A DNA stretch of 32,000 nucleotides from Blochmannia endosymbiont of Camponotus modoc (lineage in GTDB: Bacteria > Pseudomonadota > Gammaproteobacteria > Enterobacterales > Enterobacteriaceae): the NCBI RefSeq assembly GCF_023585785.1, contig NZ_CP097765.1:270001-302000 (forward strand), given 5' to 3'. Position numbers and translations under genes: made by a program. Shown here one piece after another: positions 23,024 to 32,000 of the stretch. Below the pieces are notes generated by a model. That model did not search any database, was not told the origin of the DNA, and was given only the letters and a program-made list of their open reading frames with translations. The stretch's first letter is position 1. Every line of letters starts with the position of its first letter.

Positions 23024-23336
23024 TGACATATGAACACTGTTTTCTAATAATAATTAGAAATATGATTGTTAGATCACTTTCCTCAAAAAAGTTTATTGTA
23101 TAGTGACATTACTGTGTTTAAAAATAAATAACTACAAATTATATCACTAATTATTGAAATTAAATTTTATATTTTATTAGTTAACTGAAATATCTATAAT
23201 TACTTTAACAACACATTAATCAGGCATTGCTATTTAGCAAAATTGTTTTGAATTTTTAAAAGTACCTTTCAATAAAAATTGAAGTTGATTACGTAAGCAT
23301 GCGATTACATTTGATTTTTATATAGTATAAAAAAAT

Positions 23337-24386
23337 ATGGCTCAAGATATTATTTTTTCAAAAAAAATATTACTTTGGTATCAAAAATATAGAACGCAGG
23401 ATTTACCATGGCAATTGAATAAAACAATGTATAAGACTTGGTTATCTGAAATCATGCTGCAACAAACACAGGTGAAAACTGTAATTTTTTATTATGAACG
23501 ATTTATTTCAAAATTTCCAACCATTAAACAATTGGCGATAGCAGAATTAGATGAAGTATTATTTTTATGGAGCGGATTGGGGTATTATGTGCGAGCTAGG
23601 AATTTACACAAAACAGCTAAAATTATTGTTAATCATTATCACGGTAATTTTCCAAAAGATTTCGACACGCTTGTTTCTTTTCCTGGTATCGGAAAATCTA
23701 CCGCAGGGGCTATATTATCGTTAACATTAGATCAACATTATCCTATTCTTGATAGTAATGTAAAACGAATACTAATTAGATATTATGCTCTCGATTATTA
23801 TTTATCAAGAAATAGCTCTGAAGTAAATAATAAACTATGGTTGTTAATCAAGCAATTACTTCCTAATATAGGGGTTTCAGCTTTTAATCAAGCTATGATG
23901 GATCTCGGAAGATTAATATGTACTAGTACGTATCCACTTTGCAATGATTGCCCTCTTCGAGAAGATTGTCGATCTTTTCTAAATCACTGTGTTGATCAAT
24001 ATCCCAGAAAGAAGCTTAAAAAAAAATTAATTAAGAAAACTATCTGGTTTTTATTGTTGTTGTCACAACAATATCAAATGAAAATGATATGGCTCGAAAA
24101 GCGATCATATCAAGGAATATGGGGAGGATTATTTTGTTTTCCTGAATTTTCCAACCTTAAAATATTAAATACGTGGTTGTTACACTATAATCTTCATAAT
24201 AATCAACGTATAAATCTATCTATTTTAAAACACAAATTAAGCAATATTGATTTAGAAATTAAACCAATATTGCTTAATACACATAAAAAATTAAATTATA
24301 AAAAAGATGGGATTTGGTATGATTTGATGCATCCTCCAATCATTGGATTACCTAAACCAATTTCTATAATACTACAGAAATTATAA
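23337..24386 (+). CDS. mutY: A/G-specific adenine DNA glycosylase
   Basis: 349 aa; PWQLNKTMYKTWLSEIMLQQTQV, FPGIGKSTAGAILS, PILDSNVKR, Fe-S ligands C-x6-C-x2-C-x5-C in CTSTYPLCNDCPLREDC. Confidence 0.97.
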   Translation: MAQDIIFSKKILLWYQKYRTQDLPWQLNKTMYKTWLSEIMLQQTQVKTVIFYYERFISKFPTIKQLAIAELDEVLFLWSGLGYYVRARNLHKTAKIIVNHYHGNFPKDFDTLVSFPGIGKSTAGAILSLTLDQHYPILDSNVKRILIRYYALDYYLSRNSSEVNNKLWLLIKQLLPNIGVSAFNQAMMDLGRLICTSTYPLCNDCPLREDCRSFLNHCVDQYPRKKLKKKLIKKTIWFLLLLSQQYQMKMIWLEKRSYQGIWGGLFCFPEFSNLKILNTWLLHYNLHNNQRINLSILKHKLSNIDLEIKPILLNTHKKLNYKKDGIWYDLMHPPIIGLPKPISIILQKL

Positions 24387-24457
24387 TCATAACGTAGTAA
24401 AGATATTGAATTTCCAATTCTCATAAAAATGATTGTTGCAATGTGAGACTTCTAATA

Positions 24458-24712
24458 ATGTCTAAAATAATTTATTGTGTTTTTTTAAAAAAATATGCTG
24501 CAGGACTAGACGCTCCGTGTTATCCGGGAGCATTAGGCAGATATATTTATGAACATATTTCTAAAATTGCATGGATGCAGTGGCAAAATAAACAAACTAT
24601 TTTAATCAATGAAAATAAACTCAATATGATGAATATTTCAGATCGTACAATACTTGAAAAAGAAATGAAAATTTTCCTATTCGGAAAAAATTTTTCAATA
24701 AAAAACAATTAA
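24458..24712 (+). CDS. yggX: YggX, Fe(2+)-trafficking protein family
   Basis: [59 protein letters not shown]; start placed at internal Met of the 24443 ORF by comparison with E. coli. Confidence 0.95.
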   Translation: MSKIIYCVFLKKYAAGLDAPCYPGALGRYIYEHISKIAWMQWQNKQTILINENKLNMMNISDRTILEKEMKIFLFGKNFSIKNN

Positions 24713-24800
24713 TTACTAGAGTTTTTCTCTTTCAATTATAATATACATTGTACGTAAATTTTTTCGAACTTTGTGTTTAAAATAGAGCGATGATTATATC

Positions 24801-24823
24801 ATAATAAAAAAATTTTTTATTAT
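24801..24823. terminator. Candidate bidirectional terminator-like element between convergent yggX and clpX
   Basis: Perfect 11-bp IR ATAATAAAAAA-A-TTTTTTATTAT directly next to ATGATTATATCAT; lacks a GC-rich stem so the call is weak. Confidence 0.25.
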
Positions 24824-24870
24824 CAATTTACGACAATATCACATGTAGCTATTATTCAACGAAAGTTCAC

Positions 24871-26148
24871 TTACGTTTGGTTAGTTTTATGGTTACTGTA
24901 GATTAACAATGGTTTTGAGTGCCCAAATACTACTGATTCGTCAATTATTATTTTATCTATATTATTTTGTGAAGGTAATTCATACATTACATCTAGCAAT
25001 ATGTTCTCTAAAATAGCTCTAAGTCCACGAGCACCAATTTTTTTTTTCATAGCATTTTTAGCAATAGCAGTCAATGATGTTTCGGAAAATTCCAATTTTA
25101 CTCCATCAATATGAAATAGTATTTCGTATTGTTTTATTAAAGCGTTCTTTGGTTCTTTTAAGATTTTAATTAATTCTTTTTCTTTCAGTTCATCTAAAGT
25201 AGAAACTATTGGAAGTCGACCAACAAATTCTGGAATCAATCCAAATTTAATTAAATCTTCTGGCTCAATTTGTGTTAATAATGAATGCTCAATGTTTTTT
25301 GTTGTATCGTTATTGTTTAAAACTCGAAATCCAATTGTACGTTTGTTAGTAGTGCGTTGCTGGATAATTTGATTCAAACCAAAAAAAGCACCACCGCAAA
25401 TAAAAAGAATATTAGTAGTATCCACTTGTATAAATTCTTGCTGAGGATGTTTACGACCTCCTTGTGGTGGTACTGCAGCTGTAGTCCCTTCAATCAACTT
25501 TAATAAAGCCTGTTGTACTCCTTCTCCGGAAACATCTCGAGTAATAGAAGGATTTTCTGATTTTCTAGAAATTTTGTCTATTTCATCTATATAAATGATT
25601 CCTTGTTGCGCTTTATTCACATCATAATTACATCGTTGTAGCAATTTTTGTACAACGTTTTCTACATCCTCACCTACATACCCCGCTTCTGTCAAAGTAG
25701 TAGCATCTGATATAGAAAATGGTACATTAAGAAACCGAGCTAATGTTTCTGCTAATAATGTTTTACCACTTCCTGTGGGGCCGATTAATAAAATGTTACT
25801 TTTAGATAATTTTGTACTATTGCTGTTTATACATATCTTTTCATTACGTAAACGTTTGTAATGATTATATACTGCTACTGCAAGTACTTTTTTAGTGTAT
25901 TCTTGTCCAATCACATAATCGTCCAAATGATTCTTAATTTCACAAGGGGTGGGATATTTGGTCAATTTTTCGTTAACTATTTTACCTTTATTTTCTTGGC
26001 TAATTATGTCTTTACATAAACCAACACATGTATCGCAAATATGCGCTGATAATCCAGTAATTAATTTTAATACTTGATTTTGATCTTTCCCACAAAACGA
26101 ACAACACAATGTACTATTTTTTGAATGATTTTGATGATCATCGCTCAC
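24871..26148 (-). CDS. clpX: ATP-dependent Clp protease ATP-binding subunit ClpX
   Basis: 425 aa; C4 zinc finger CSFCGKDQ...CDTCVGLC, Walker [42 protein letters not shown]. Confidence 0.99.
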   Translation of the reverse strand: MSDDHQNHSKNSTLCCSFCGKDQNQVLKLITGLSAHICDTCVGLCKDIISQENKGKIVNEKLTKYPTPCEIKNHLDDYVIGQEYTKKVLAVAVYNHYKRLRNEKICINSNSTKLSKSNILLIGPTGSGKTLLAETLARFLNVPFSISDATTLTEAGYVGEDVENVVQKLLQRCNYDVNKAQQGIIYIDEIDKISRKSENPSITRDVSGEGVQQALLKLIEGTTAAVPPQGGRKHPQQEFIQVDTTNILFICGGAFFGLNQIIQQRTTNKRTIGFRVLNNNDTTKNIEHSLLTQIEPEDLIKFGLIPEFVGRLPIVSTLDELKEKELIKILKEPKNALIKQYEILFHIDGVKLEFSETSLTAIAKNAMKKKIGARGLRAILENILLDVMYELPSQNNIDKIIIDESVVFGHSKPLLIYSNHKTNQT

Positions 26149-26289
26149 AGTCTGATATCCCTCCGTTTACGTTTAATTCATTTAAAATAATCTATAAATT
26201 ACTTGAAACATAAATAACAACAAATTCAGACATAAATTTTATTACAGATCATAATGATAATGAAACGCAAATTAAGCAGCAATCTAAAT

Positions 26290-26916
26290 TTATATTCGTT
26301 GAGATAACACACAATCTACCAATCCATACTTCATTGCTTCATCAGCAGATAAAAAACAATCTCGTTCTGTATCTCTATTGATGATATCAATAGATTGTCC
26401 GGTATGTTTTGCCATAAGCTCGTTGATATTATTTTTAATTTTCAATATTTCTCTGGTATGAATAGCAATATCAGTAGCTTGTCCTTGGAAAGATCCTAAT
26501 GGTTGGTGAATCATTATTCGAGCATTCGGTAAACAAAATCGTTTACCTTTGGTACCAGAAGCTAATAGAAAAGCGCTCATGGATGCAGCTTGTCCCATGC
26601 AAAACGTACTAACATCAGGTTTTACAAATTGTATAGTATCGTATATCGACATTCCTGCAGTTATCACTCCTCCTGGAGAATTAATATACAAATGGATGTC
26701 TTTTTCTGAATTTTCTGATTCTAAGAACATCATCTGAGCAACAATCAAATTAGCTACACTATCTTCGATTGTTCCTGTCATAAAAATAATTCTTTCTTTT
26801 AGTAATAAAGAAAATATATCGTATACACGATCTCCTCGAATAGTATGCTCTATTACTGTTGGAACTACTACCATACGATGACAATAAGGCGTTTTAAAAT
26901 TATGTGAGCATTGCAT
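26290..26916 (-). CDS. clpP: ATP-dependent Clp protease proteolytic subunit ClpP
   Basis: 208 aa; [54 protein letters not shown]; Ser/His/Asp triad retained. Confidence 0.99.
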   Translation of the reverse strand: MQCSHNFKTPYCHRMVVVPTVIEHTIRGDRVYDIFSLLLKERIIFMTGTIEDSVANLIVAQMMFLESENSEKDIHLYINSPGGVITAGMSIYDTIQFVKPDVSTFCMGQAASMSAFLLASGTKGKRFCLPNARIMIHQPLGSFQGQATDIAIHTREILKIKNNINELMAKHTGQSIDIINRDTERDCFLSADEAMKYGLVDCVLSQRI

Positions 26917-27184
26917 AGCATGTATTATAATCCTCTTGTATTGTATTATTATATAAAAGTTTTATGTAAACCTTGATATAATACAATTTATGAAAAATTT
27001 CAAACTAAATTTAATAATCATATTTTATTAAGAAGTAATTATTGAGCATATAGTTTTCTGTTAATTTATTATTAATCAAATGTTTAAGGATTATAATAGA
27101 AAATATTTATATATTCACATATATATTATTTGTTCTTATCGTATTTTATACGTAAGATTACGGTAGTATGTAATAAATAGTTAA

Positions 27185-28598
27185 AGAATATTTTACATTG
27201 ATGAAAATTGATTGTTTCTGATCTAATCAACTAATTAAAATAAAAGCATTTATTATTTAAGGTAATATTTCTTATAGTCTAACGTTTCTAATGATCAAAC
27301 AATTTGATTATAACTTATTAAATCGTTATATGTAATTTTTTGTAATAATTTTGTCTGATTAAGAATAAAATTAATTACTATTCTCTATAAAAGAGAGCGC
27401 GAATATATTGCTACCGTTGTCGTATTGTTGTTCCATGATCACATTTTTTGAAACATCGAATGTATCTAATACATTATTAATAATGTTGTGAATTAGAAGT
27501 ATAGTCAACGTCAATTTTTTGGGTCACATCATTACCGGGCAATGCAATTTTATGCGACGTTTATATTGATCTTTGAAGTTAAATTTTCCTAACAATAAAA
27601 TATGTAATTGTTTTATTTTTTAATTTGCATTGACATAAATATACTGACTTACTTTATTGCGTGAACTATTAGTACATATGCTATTGAGTATGGAAAGAAA
27701 TTCAATATCATTATATATGAACATATATTTTTAATATTTAATTTTTTATTTTATTCTAATAACATAGTTTAAATAAAATTTAATATATTCCTGATTTTTT
27801 ATATACATTTATTTTTGCGGTGTTTATTATGTGAAATAAGCCAGTTTATGTCATTTTGATTTGATTTTAAAAAAAATTTAGAATTTTTTTAAAAAATGAC
27901 AATAAATTCATGCATCTTTCCTTGAAGATTATTTGAAATGATATCCATGTTGAATATTAATTTTTATATTGAAAACATCTTTTATATTATGATCAAACAT
28001 CTTATCTTTATAAGTTAAACAAAATTAATTATTTTTATTAACTATCATAACAACATCTCCAATGTTGTCGTTTTTATATTTTACCATAAGATAGTATGAT
28101 AATGTTAAAAGTAACTCGATCCCAATACTAATTTTCTTATCACTACATTTCTATGTACATGTATTTTTATATTTTTAAAACTCCAATCAATATCCATTTT
28201 TATAATTTCTGATAAAAATTGGTTTTTCATTTCAGTACTAATGAATCCTTTCCAGTTCTATATGTGGATATATTTCTACTGTGACAGTGCGCACAAAATT
28301 TTTACTATTATTACAAAAGTGTATAAATTATTGCATGTAGGTTCACCAATTAAATTGATTTTGTTTTGATGATAAGATCAATAAAATTTTTATTACATTA
28401 ATAATATCACGATTTTATGAAAAATAATTATTCCATAATTTTTCTTAACAAGTAAATAGGTACTTTCCCAACACGAAATCTATGATATATATATTTTTAG
28501 AAAAATATGTCGATCTTTCATAATATTCTTTATTCGCAATATTTATAGAATAAATTAACAGTAATGTGTTTCCATAAATATTTAATATTTTCAATCAT
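27185..28598 (-). pseudogene. tig: Decayed trigger factor gene (tig), full-length footprint with multiple stops and frameshifts
   Basis: Ordered minus-strand peptide islands match E. coli Tig: INIANKEYYE~ITIAADSIET (28517-28546), GKVP (28458-28469), KNFIDLIIKTK~RNFIDAIIKEK (28359-28391), KINLIGEPT~KINPAGAPT (28336-28362), VRTVTVEIYPHIEL[8 aa]EKPI~YSVEFEVYPEVEL[8 aa]EKPI (28217-28294), NNLQGKMHEFIVIF~ENLKGKAAKFAINL (27892-27933), IRNV~MRNV (27281-27292). Located just upstream of clpP as in E. coli. Confidence 0.85.
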
Positions 28599-29134
28599 TA
28601 CACATATCTAATTGATTCCTTTTGATTTTATGAATCAAAAACAACAATAAAAGTATACGATGCTACATAATATCATATAACATACAAATTATGAATGTAA
28701 CAGATCTTTAATTTATATTTGTACCTAATAAATAATTACTATATAACTCATATTCTTAAAATTATCAATGCACTAAGTTTTTAATAATGTTATAAGTATT
28801 AATATTACGATGATATTAATAATTGAAGAGATATATAAAATATATAATTAAATTAGTTTACATTAAGTTATTTAGTCAAAAAAAATTAATTCAATTATAC
28901 TTAGCAATACTTGTATTGCTGTAAATTATTAATTGATAATAGATTATTTGGTGTTATCTTTACATCATAAAATGAAGTTAATTTCAAATAAATATACTGA
29001 CTATATTTAAATTTTTTTAATAAATGGTAATTACAAAAATTTTTAGATATATGTAATTATTTACATTAATGCAGGTTTGTGGTAAGTTGTTTAACTCAAA
29101 GACTTAAAATATATATTCGTATTAGAATTGTTGA

Positions 29135-30019
29135 ATGAAATTCAGCGTATGCAAACATAGAAAGATATGTATTTCATTGTTACTGTATAGTTTGATAACG
29201 GTATTAAATGGATGCAGCAATTTGGTTTTATTACATCCTAAAGGCCAAATTGGGATAGAAGAACGTTCACTGATATTGACCGCATTCGGATTAATGCTTA
29301 GTATAGTTGTCCCGGTAATCGTGATGACAATTCTTTTCACTATAAAATATAGAGCATCTAATCTCAGAAATACGCAATATAGTCCTAATTGGGTAAATTC
29401 TAAAAAAATAGAATTTGTAATTTGGGCTGTGCCAATTTTAATTATTATTTTTTTAGGGGCTGTAACTTGGAAATCTACTCATAAATTAGATCCTAAAAAC
29501 CCTATTGTATCATCTGTTGAGCAACCAATTATTATTAATGTTATATCATTAGATTGGAAGTGGCTTTTTATTTATCCAAAACAAAATATAGCAGTTGTTA
29601 ATGAGCTTGTTTTTCCGGCACATATACCAATAAAATTCAATGTTACTTCTAATTCGGTTATGAATTCTTTTTTTATTCCTCAATTAGGAGGACAAATTTA
29701 TGCAATGGCTGGAATGCGTACGGAACTATATTTAATAGCTAATACAGCGGGGCGATATAAAGGTATTTCATCAAATTTTAGTGGTCAAGGATTTTCTGGT
29801 ATGAAATTTACTGTTATTGCTACACAAACTAAACAAGAATTTGAACAATGGATACAAAAAGCTCAAAAATCATCTCATCAAATTAATAATATGTCAATTT
29901 ATGAAGAATTAGCTAAACCCAGTGAATATCATCCGATAATTTATTTCTCCAATGTACAACCCAACTTGTTTTATAATGTAATCAATAAATTTACACATCA
30001 AAAGAAAGAATATTTTTAG
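29135..30019 (+). CDS. cyoA: Cytochrome bo(3) ubiquinol oxidase subunit II
   Basis: 294 aa; lipoprotein-type signal ending in [49 protein letters not shown]. Confidence 0.97.
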   Translation: MKFSVCKHRKICISLLLYSLITVLNGCSNLVLLHPKGQIGIEERSLILTAFGLMLSIVVPVIVMTILFTIKYRASNLRNTQYSPNWVNSKKIEFVIWAVPILIIIFLGAVTWKSTHKLDPKNPIVSSVEQPIIINVISLDWKWLFIYPKQNIAVVNELVFPAHIPIKFNVTSNSVMNSFFIPQLGGQIYAMAGMRTELYLIANTAGRYKGISSNFSGQGFSGMKFTVIATQTKQEFEQWIQKAQKSSHQINNMSIYEELAKPSEYHPIIYFSNVQPNLFYNVINKFTHQKKEYF

Positions 30020-30095
30020 CTATAATTCATGTTTCCTTAATATAAGGCATGATTGTTTTGAGAAATGTTGTAAATATATAAGGATAATTAAAATA

Positions 30096-32000
30096 ATGTT
30101 TGGAAAATTAACAACAGATTCTATTCCGTATGAAGATCCAGTTATTATGTCGACAGTCATTATCATTCTTTTCATTGGAGTAATGCTTTCCGGTATCATT
30201 ACATATTACAATAAATGGCGATATCTTTGGAATGAATGGTTTACTTCTGTAGATCATAAAAAAATTGGGATTATGTATATTATAGTCTCATGTATTATGT
30301 TTTTACGTGGTTTTGCCGATGCCATCATGATGAGAGCGCAACAAGCTTTATCCTCTTCTGGATCGTATGAATTTCTTTCATCCCATCACTACAACCAAGT
30401 AATTACCGCTCATGGAGTAATCATGATCATATTTATGGCTACTCCTTTCGTAATAGGATTAATGAACTTGGTAGTTCCATTACAAATTGGAGCACGAGAT
30501 GTTGCTTTTCCTTTTTTAAATTCTTTGAGTTTTTGGTTATTTATGGTAGGTGTAATTTTGATGAATCTTTCCTTAGGAATAGGAGAATTTGCTCAAACAG
30601 GATGGTCAGGTTACCCACCATTATCAAGTAAAGAATACAGTCCTGGTGTTGGTGTCGATTATTGGATATGGAGTATACAAATTTCTGGAATAGGAACTAC
30701 TTTGACTGGTATAAATTTTTTTACTACAATTTTATATATGCGAGCTCCAGGATTGTCGATGATGAAAATGCCAGTTTTTACTTGGACTGCTTTATGTACA
30801 AATACATTAATCATTGCAGCTTTTCCAATTTTGACTATTACTATCGCTTTATTAACACTAGACCGTTATCTGGGAACCCATTTTTTTACTAACGATTTAG
30901 GCGGAAATATGATGATGTATATCAATTTATTTTGGGCTTGGGGTCATCCAGAAGTATATATTTTAGTGTTGCCCGTATTTGGTGTATTTTCGGAAATTGT
31001 TTCCACTTTTTCACAAAAGAAGTTGTTTGGATATACTTCATTAATATGGGCTACTATAGCTATTACTGTGTTATCTTTTTGTGTATGGTTACATCATTTT
31101 TTTACTATGGGTGCAGGTGCTAACGTTAATGCATTTTTCGGTATTATGACTATGATAATTGCCATTCCAACTGGAGTAAAGGTATTTAACTGGTTATTCA
31201 CTATGTATCGAGGGAAAATTGTTTTTGCTTCCCCAATGATGTGGACTATTGGATTTATTATTACATTTTCCATAGGAGGAATGACTGGGGTATTATTATC
31301 TGTGCCAGGAGCTGATTTTGTATTGCATAACAGTTTATTTTTAATTGCACATTTTCATAATGTTATTATTGGAGGAGTATTGTTCGGTTGTTTTGCCGGA
31401 GCTACCTATTGGTTTCCTAAGGCTTTTGGTTATGTTTTAAATGAAAAATGGGGGAAACGAGCTTTTTGGTTTTGGATGATTGGATTTTATATGGCGTTTA
31501 TGCCGTTATATATTTTAGGGTTTATGGGTATGACTCGTCGATTAAGCCAACACATTGATCCAATATTTTCATCGATGTTAATAACCGCATCAATGGGTAC
31601 TATATTGATTGGATTGGGTATTATGTGCCAATGTATCCAAATAATAGTCAGTATTGTAAATCGTGATAAATATAAAGATATAAATGGAAATCCATGGAAT
31701 GGATCTACTTTAGAATGGGCTGTTTCCTCTCCCCCGCCATTTTATAATTTTGCAATTATTCCTATAATAAATAGTGATCGTGATGTTTTTTGGTATGTAC
31801 AAAATAATAGAAACGTATATTCTTGTCCTGATCAATTTAAATCCATACATATGCCTAAAAATACGTATTCTGGCATTGTTATATCTTTTTTCGGTTTAAC
31901 ATTTGGATTTGGTATGATTTGGTATATATGGTGGCTCGTTATTTTCAGTATGGTGGGAATCATAACAACTTGGATTCTTCATACATTTAATGATGATACA
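30096..32000 (+). CDS. cyoB: Cytochrome bo(3) ubiquinol oxidase subunit I (partial, runs off the right window edge)
   Basis: Open from ATG 30096 to window end (635 codons): [18 protein letters not shown]..., [58 protein letters not shown]. Not in the ORF track because it is truncated by the window. Confidence 0.98.
   Translation, partial: MFGKLTTDSIPYEDPVIMSTVIIILFIGVMLSGIITYYNKWRYLWNEWFTSVDHKKIGIMYIIVSCIMFLRGFADAIMMRAQQALSSSGSYEFLSSHHYNQVITAHGVIMIIFMATPFVIGLMNLVVPLQIGARDVAFPFLNSLSFWLFMVGVILMNLSLGIGEFAQTGWSGYPPLSSKEYSPGVGVDYWIWSIQISGIGTTLTGINFFTTILYMRAPGLSMMKMPVFTWTALCTNTLIIAAFPILTITIALLTLDRYLGTHFFTNDLGGNMMMYINLFWAWGHPEVYILVLPVFGVFSEIVSTFSQKKLFGYTSLIWATIAITVLSFCVWLHHFFTMGAGANVNAFFGIMTMIIAIPTGVKVFNWLFTMYRGKIVFASPMMWTIGFIITFSIGGMTGVLLSVPGADFVLHNSLFLIAHFHNVIIGGVLFGCFAGATYWFPKAFGYVLNEKWGKRAFWFWMIGFYMAFMPLYILGFMGMTRRLSQHIDPIFSSMLITASMGTILIGLGIMCQCIQIIVSIVNRDKYKDINGNPWNGSTLEWAVSSPPPFYNFAIIPIINSDRDVFWYVQNNRNVYSCPDQFKSIHMPKNTYSGIVISFFGLTFGFGMIWYIWWLVIFSMVGIITTWILHTFNDDT

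Noticed and set aside
26549-26737. Plus-strand ORF antisense to clpP
   Set aside because: Shadow of conserved clpP residues.
29122-29340. Minus-strand ORF antisense to the cyoA start
   Set aside because: Shadow ORF; cyoA is clearly coding on the plus strand.
30662-31123. Two short plus-strand ORFs (30662-30892, 30932-31123)
   Set aside because: Both lie out of frame inside cyoB, which is open from 30096 to the window end.
1-32000. CRISPR arrays, tRNA/tmRNA genes, prophage, IS elements, toxin-antitoxin or defence genes
   Set aside because: No regularly spaced repeats, no tRNA T-loop/acceptor patterns and no such protein signatures found on reading the spacers and the supplied six-frame ORFs.

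Overview
This AT-rich window comes from a highly reduced gammaproteobacterial (Enterobacterales-derived) insect-endosymbiont genome, most like Candidatus Blochmannia (genus is an inference). Its coding content is almost entirely housekeeping genes in Escherichia coli-like order: recC (partial), lgt, rppH, lysA, lysS, prfB, ygfZ, ubiI, ubiH, zapA, fau/ygfA, rpiA, fbaA, pgk, speB, metK, yqgE, ruvX/yqgF, mutY, yggX. A junction then leads into clpX, clpP, cyoA and cyoB (partial). I found no tRNA, rRNA, tmRNA, CRISPR, phage, toxin-antitoxin or transposon signatures, and no evidence of a new defence or mobile system. The main non-routine observations are: (1) a near full-length, frame-shredded pseudogene of tig (trigger factor) in the long 'empty' spacer between clpP and cyoA, with several unambiguous peptide islands; (2) prfB retains the programmed +1 frameshift and its first 25 codons are missing from the supplied ORF track; (3) UbiI is an intact ORF whose first and last FAD-binding fingerprints are eroded while UbiH next door keeps its own; (4) a promoter-like/Shine-Dalgarno/16-codon mini-ORF at 3421; (5) a strong 17-bp hairpin flanked by a duplicated small hairpin upstream of mutY; (6) a few other palindromes and structured spacers. 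All homology calls rest on recalled E. coli protein sequences and motifs; no searches were run.
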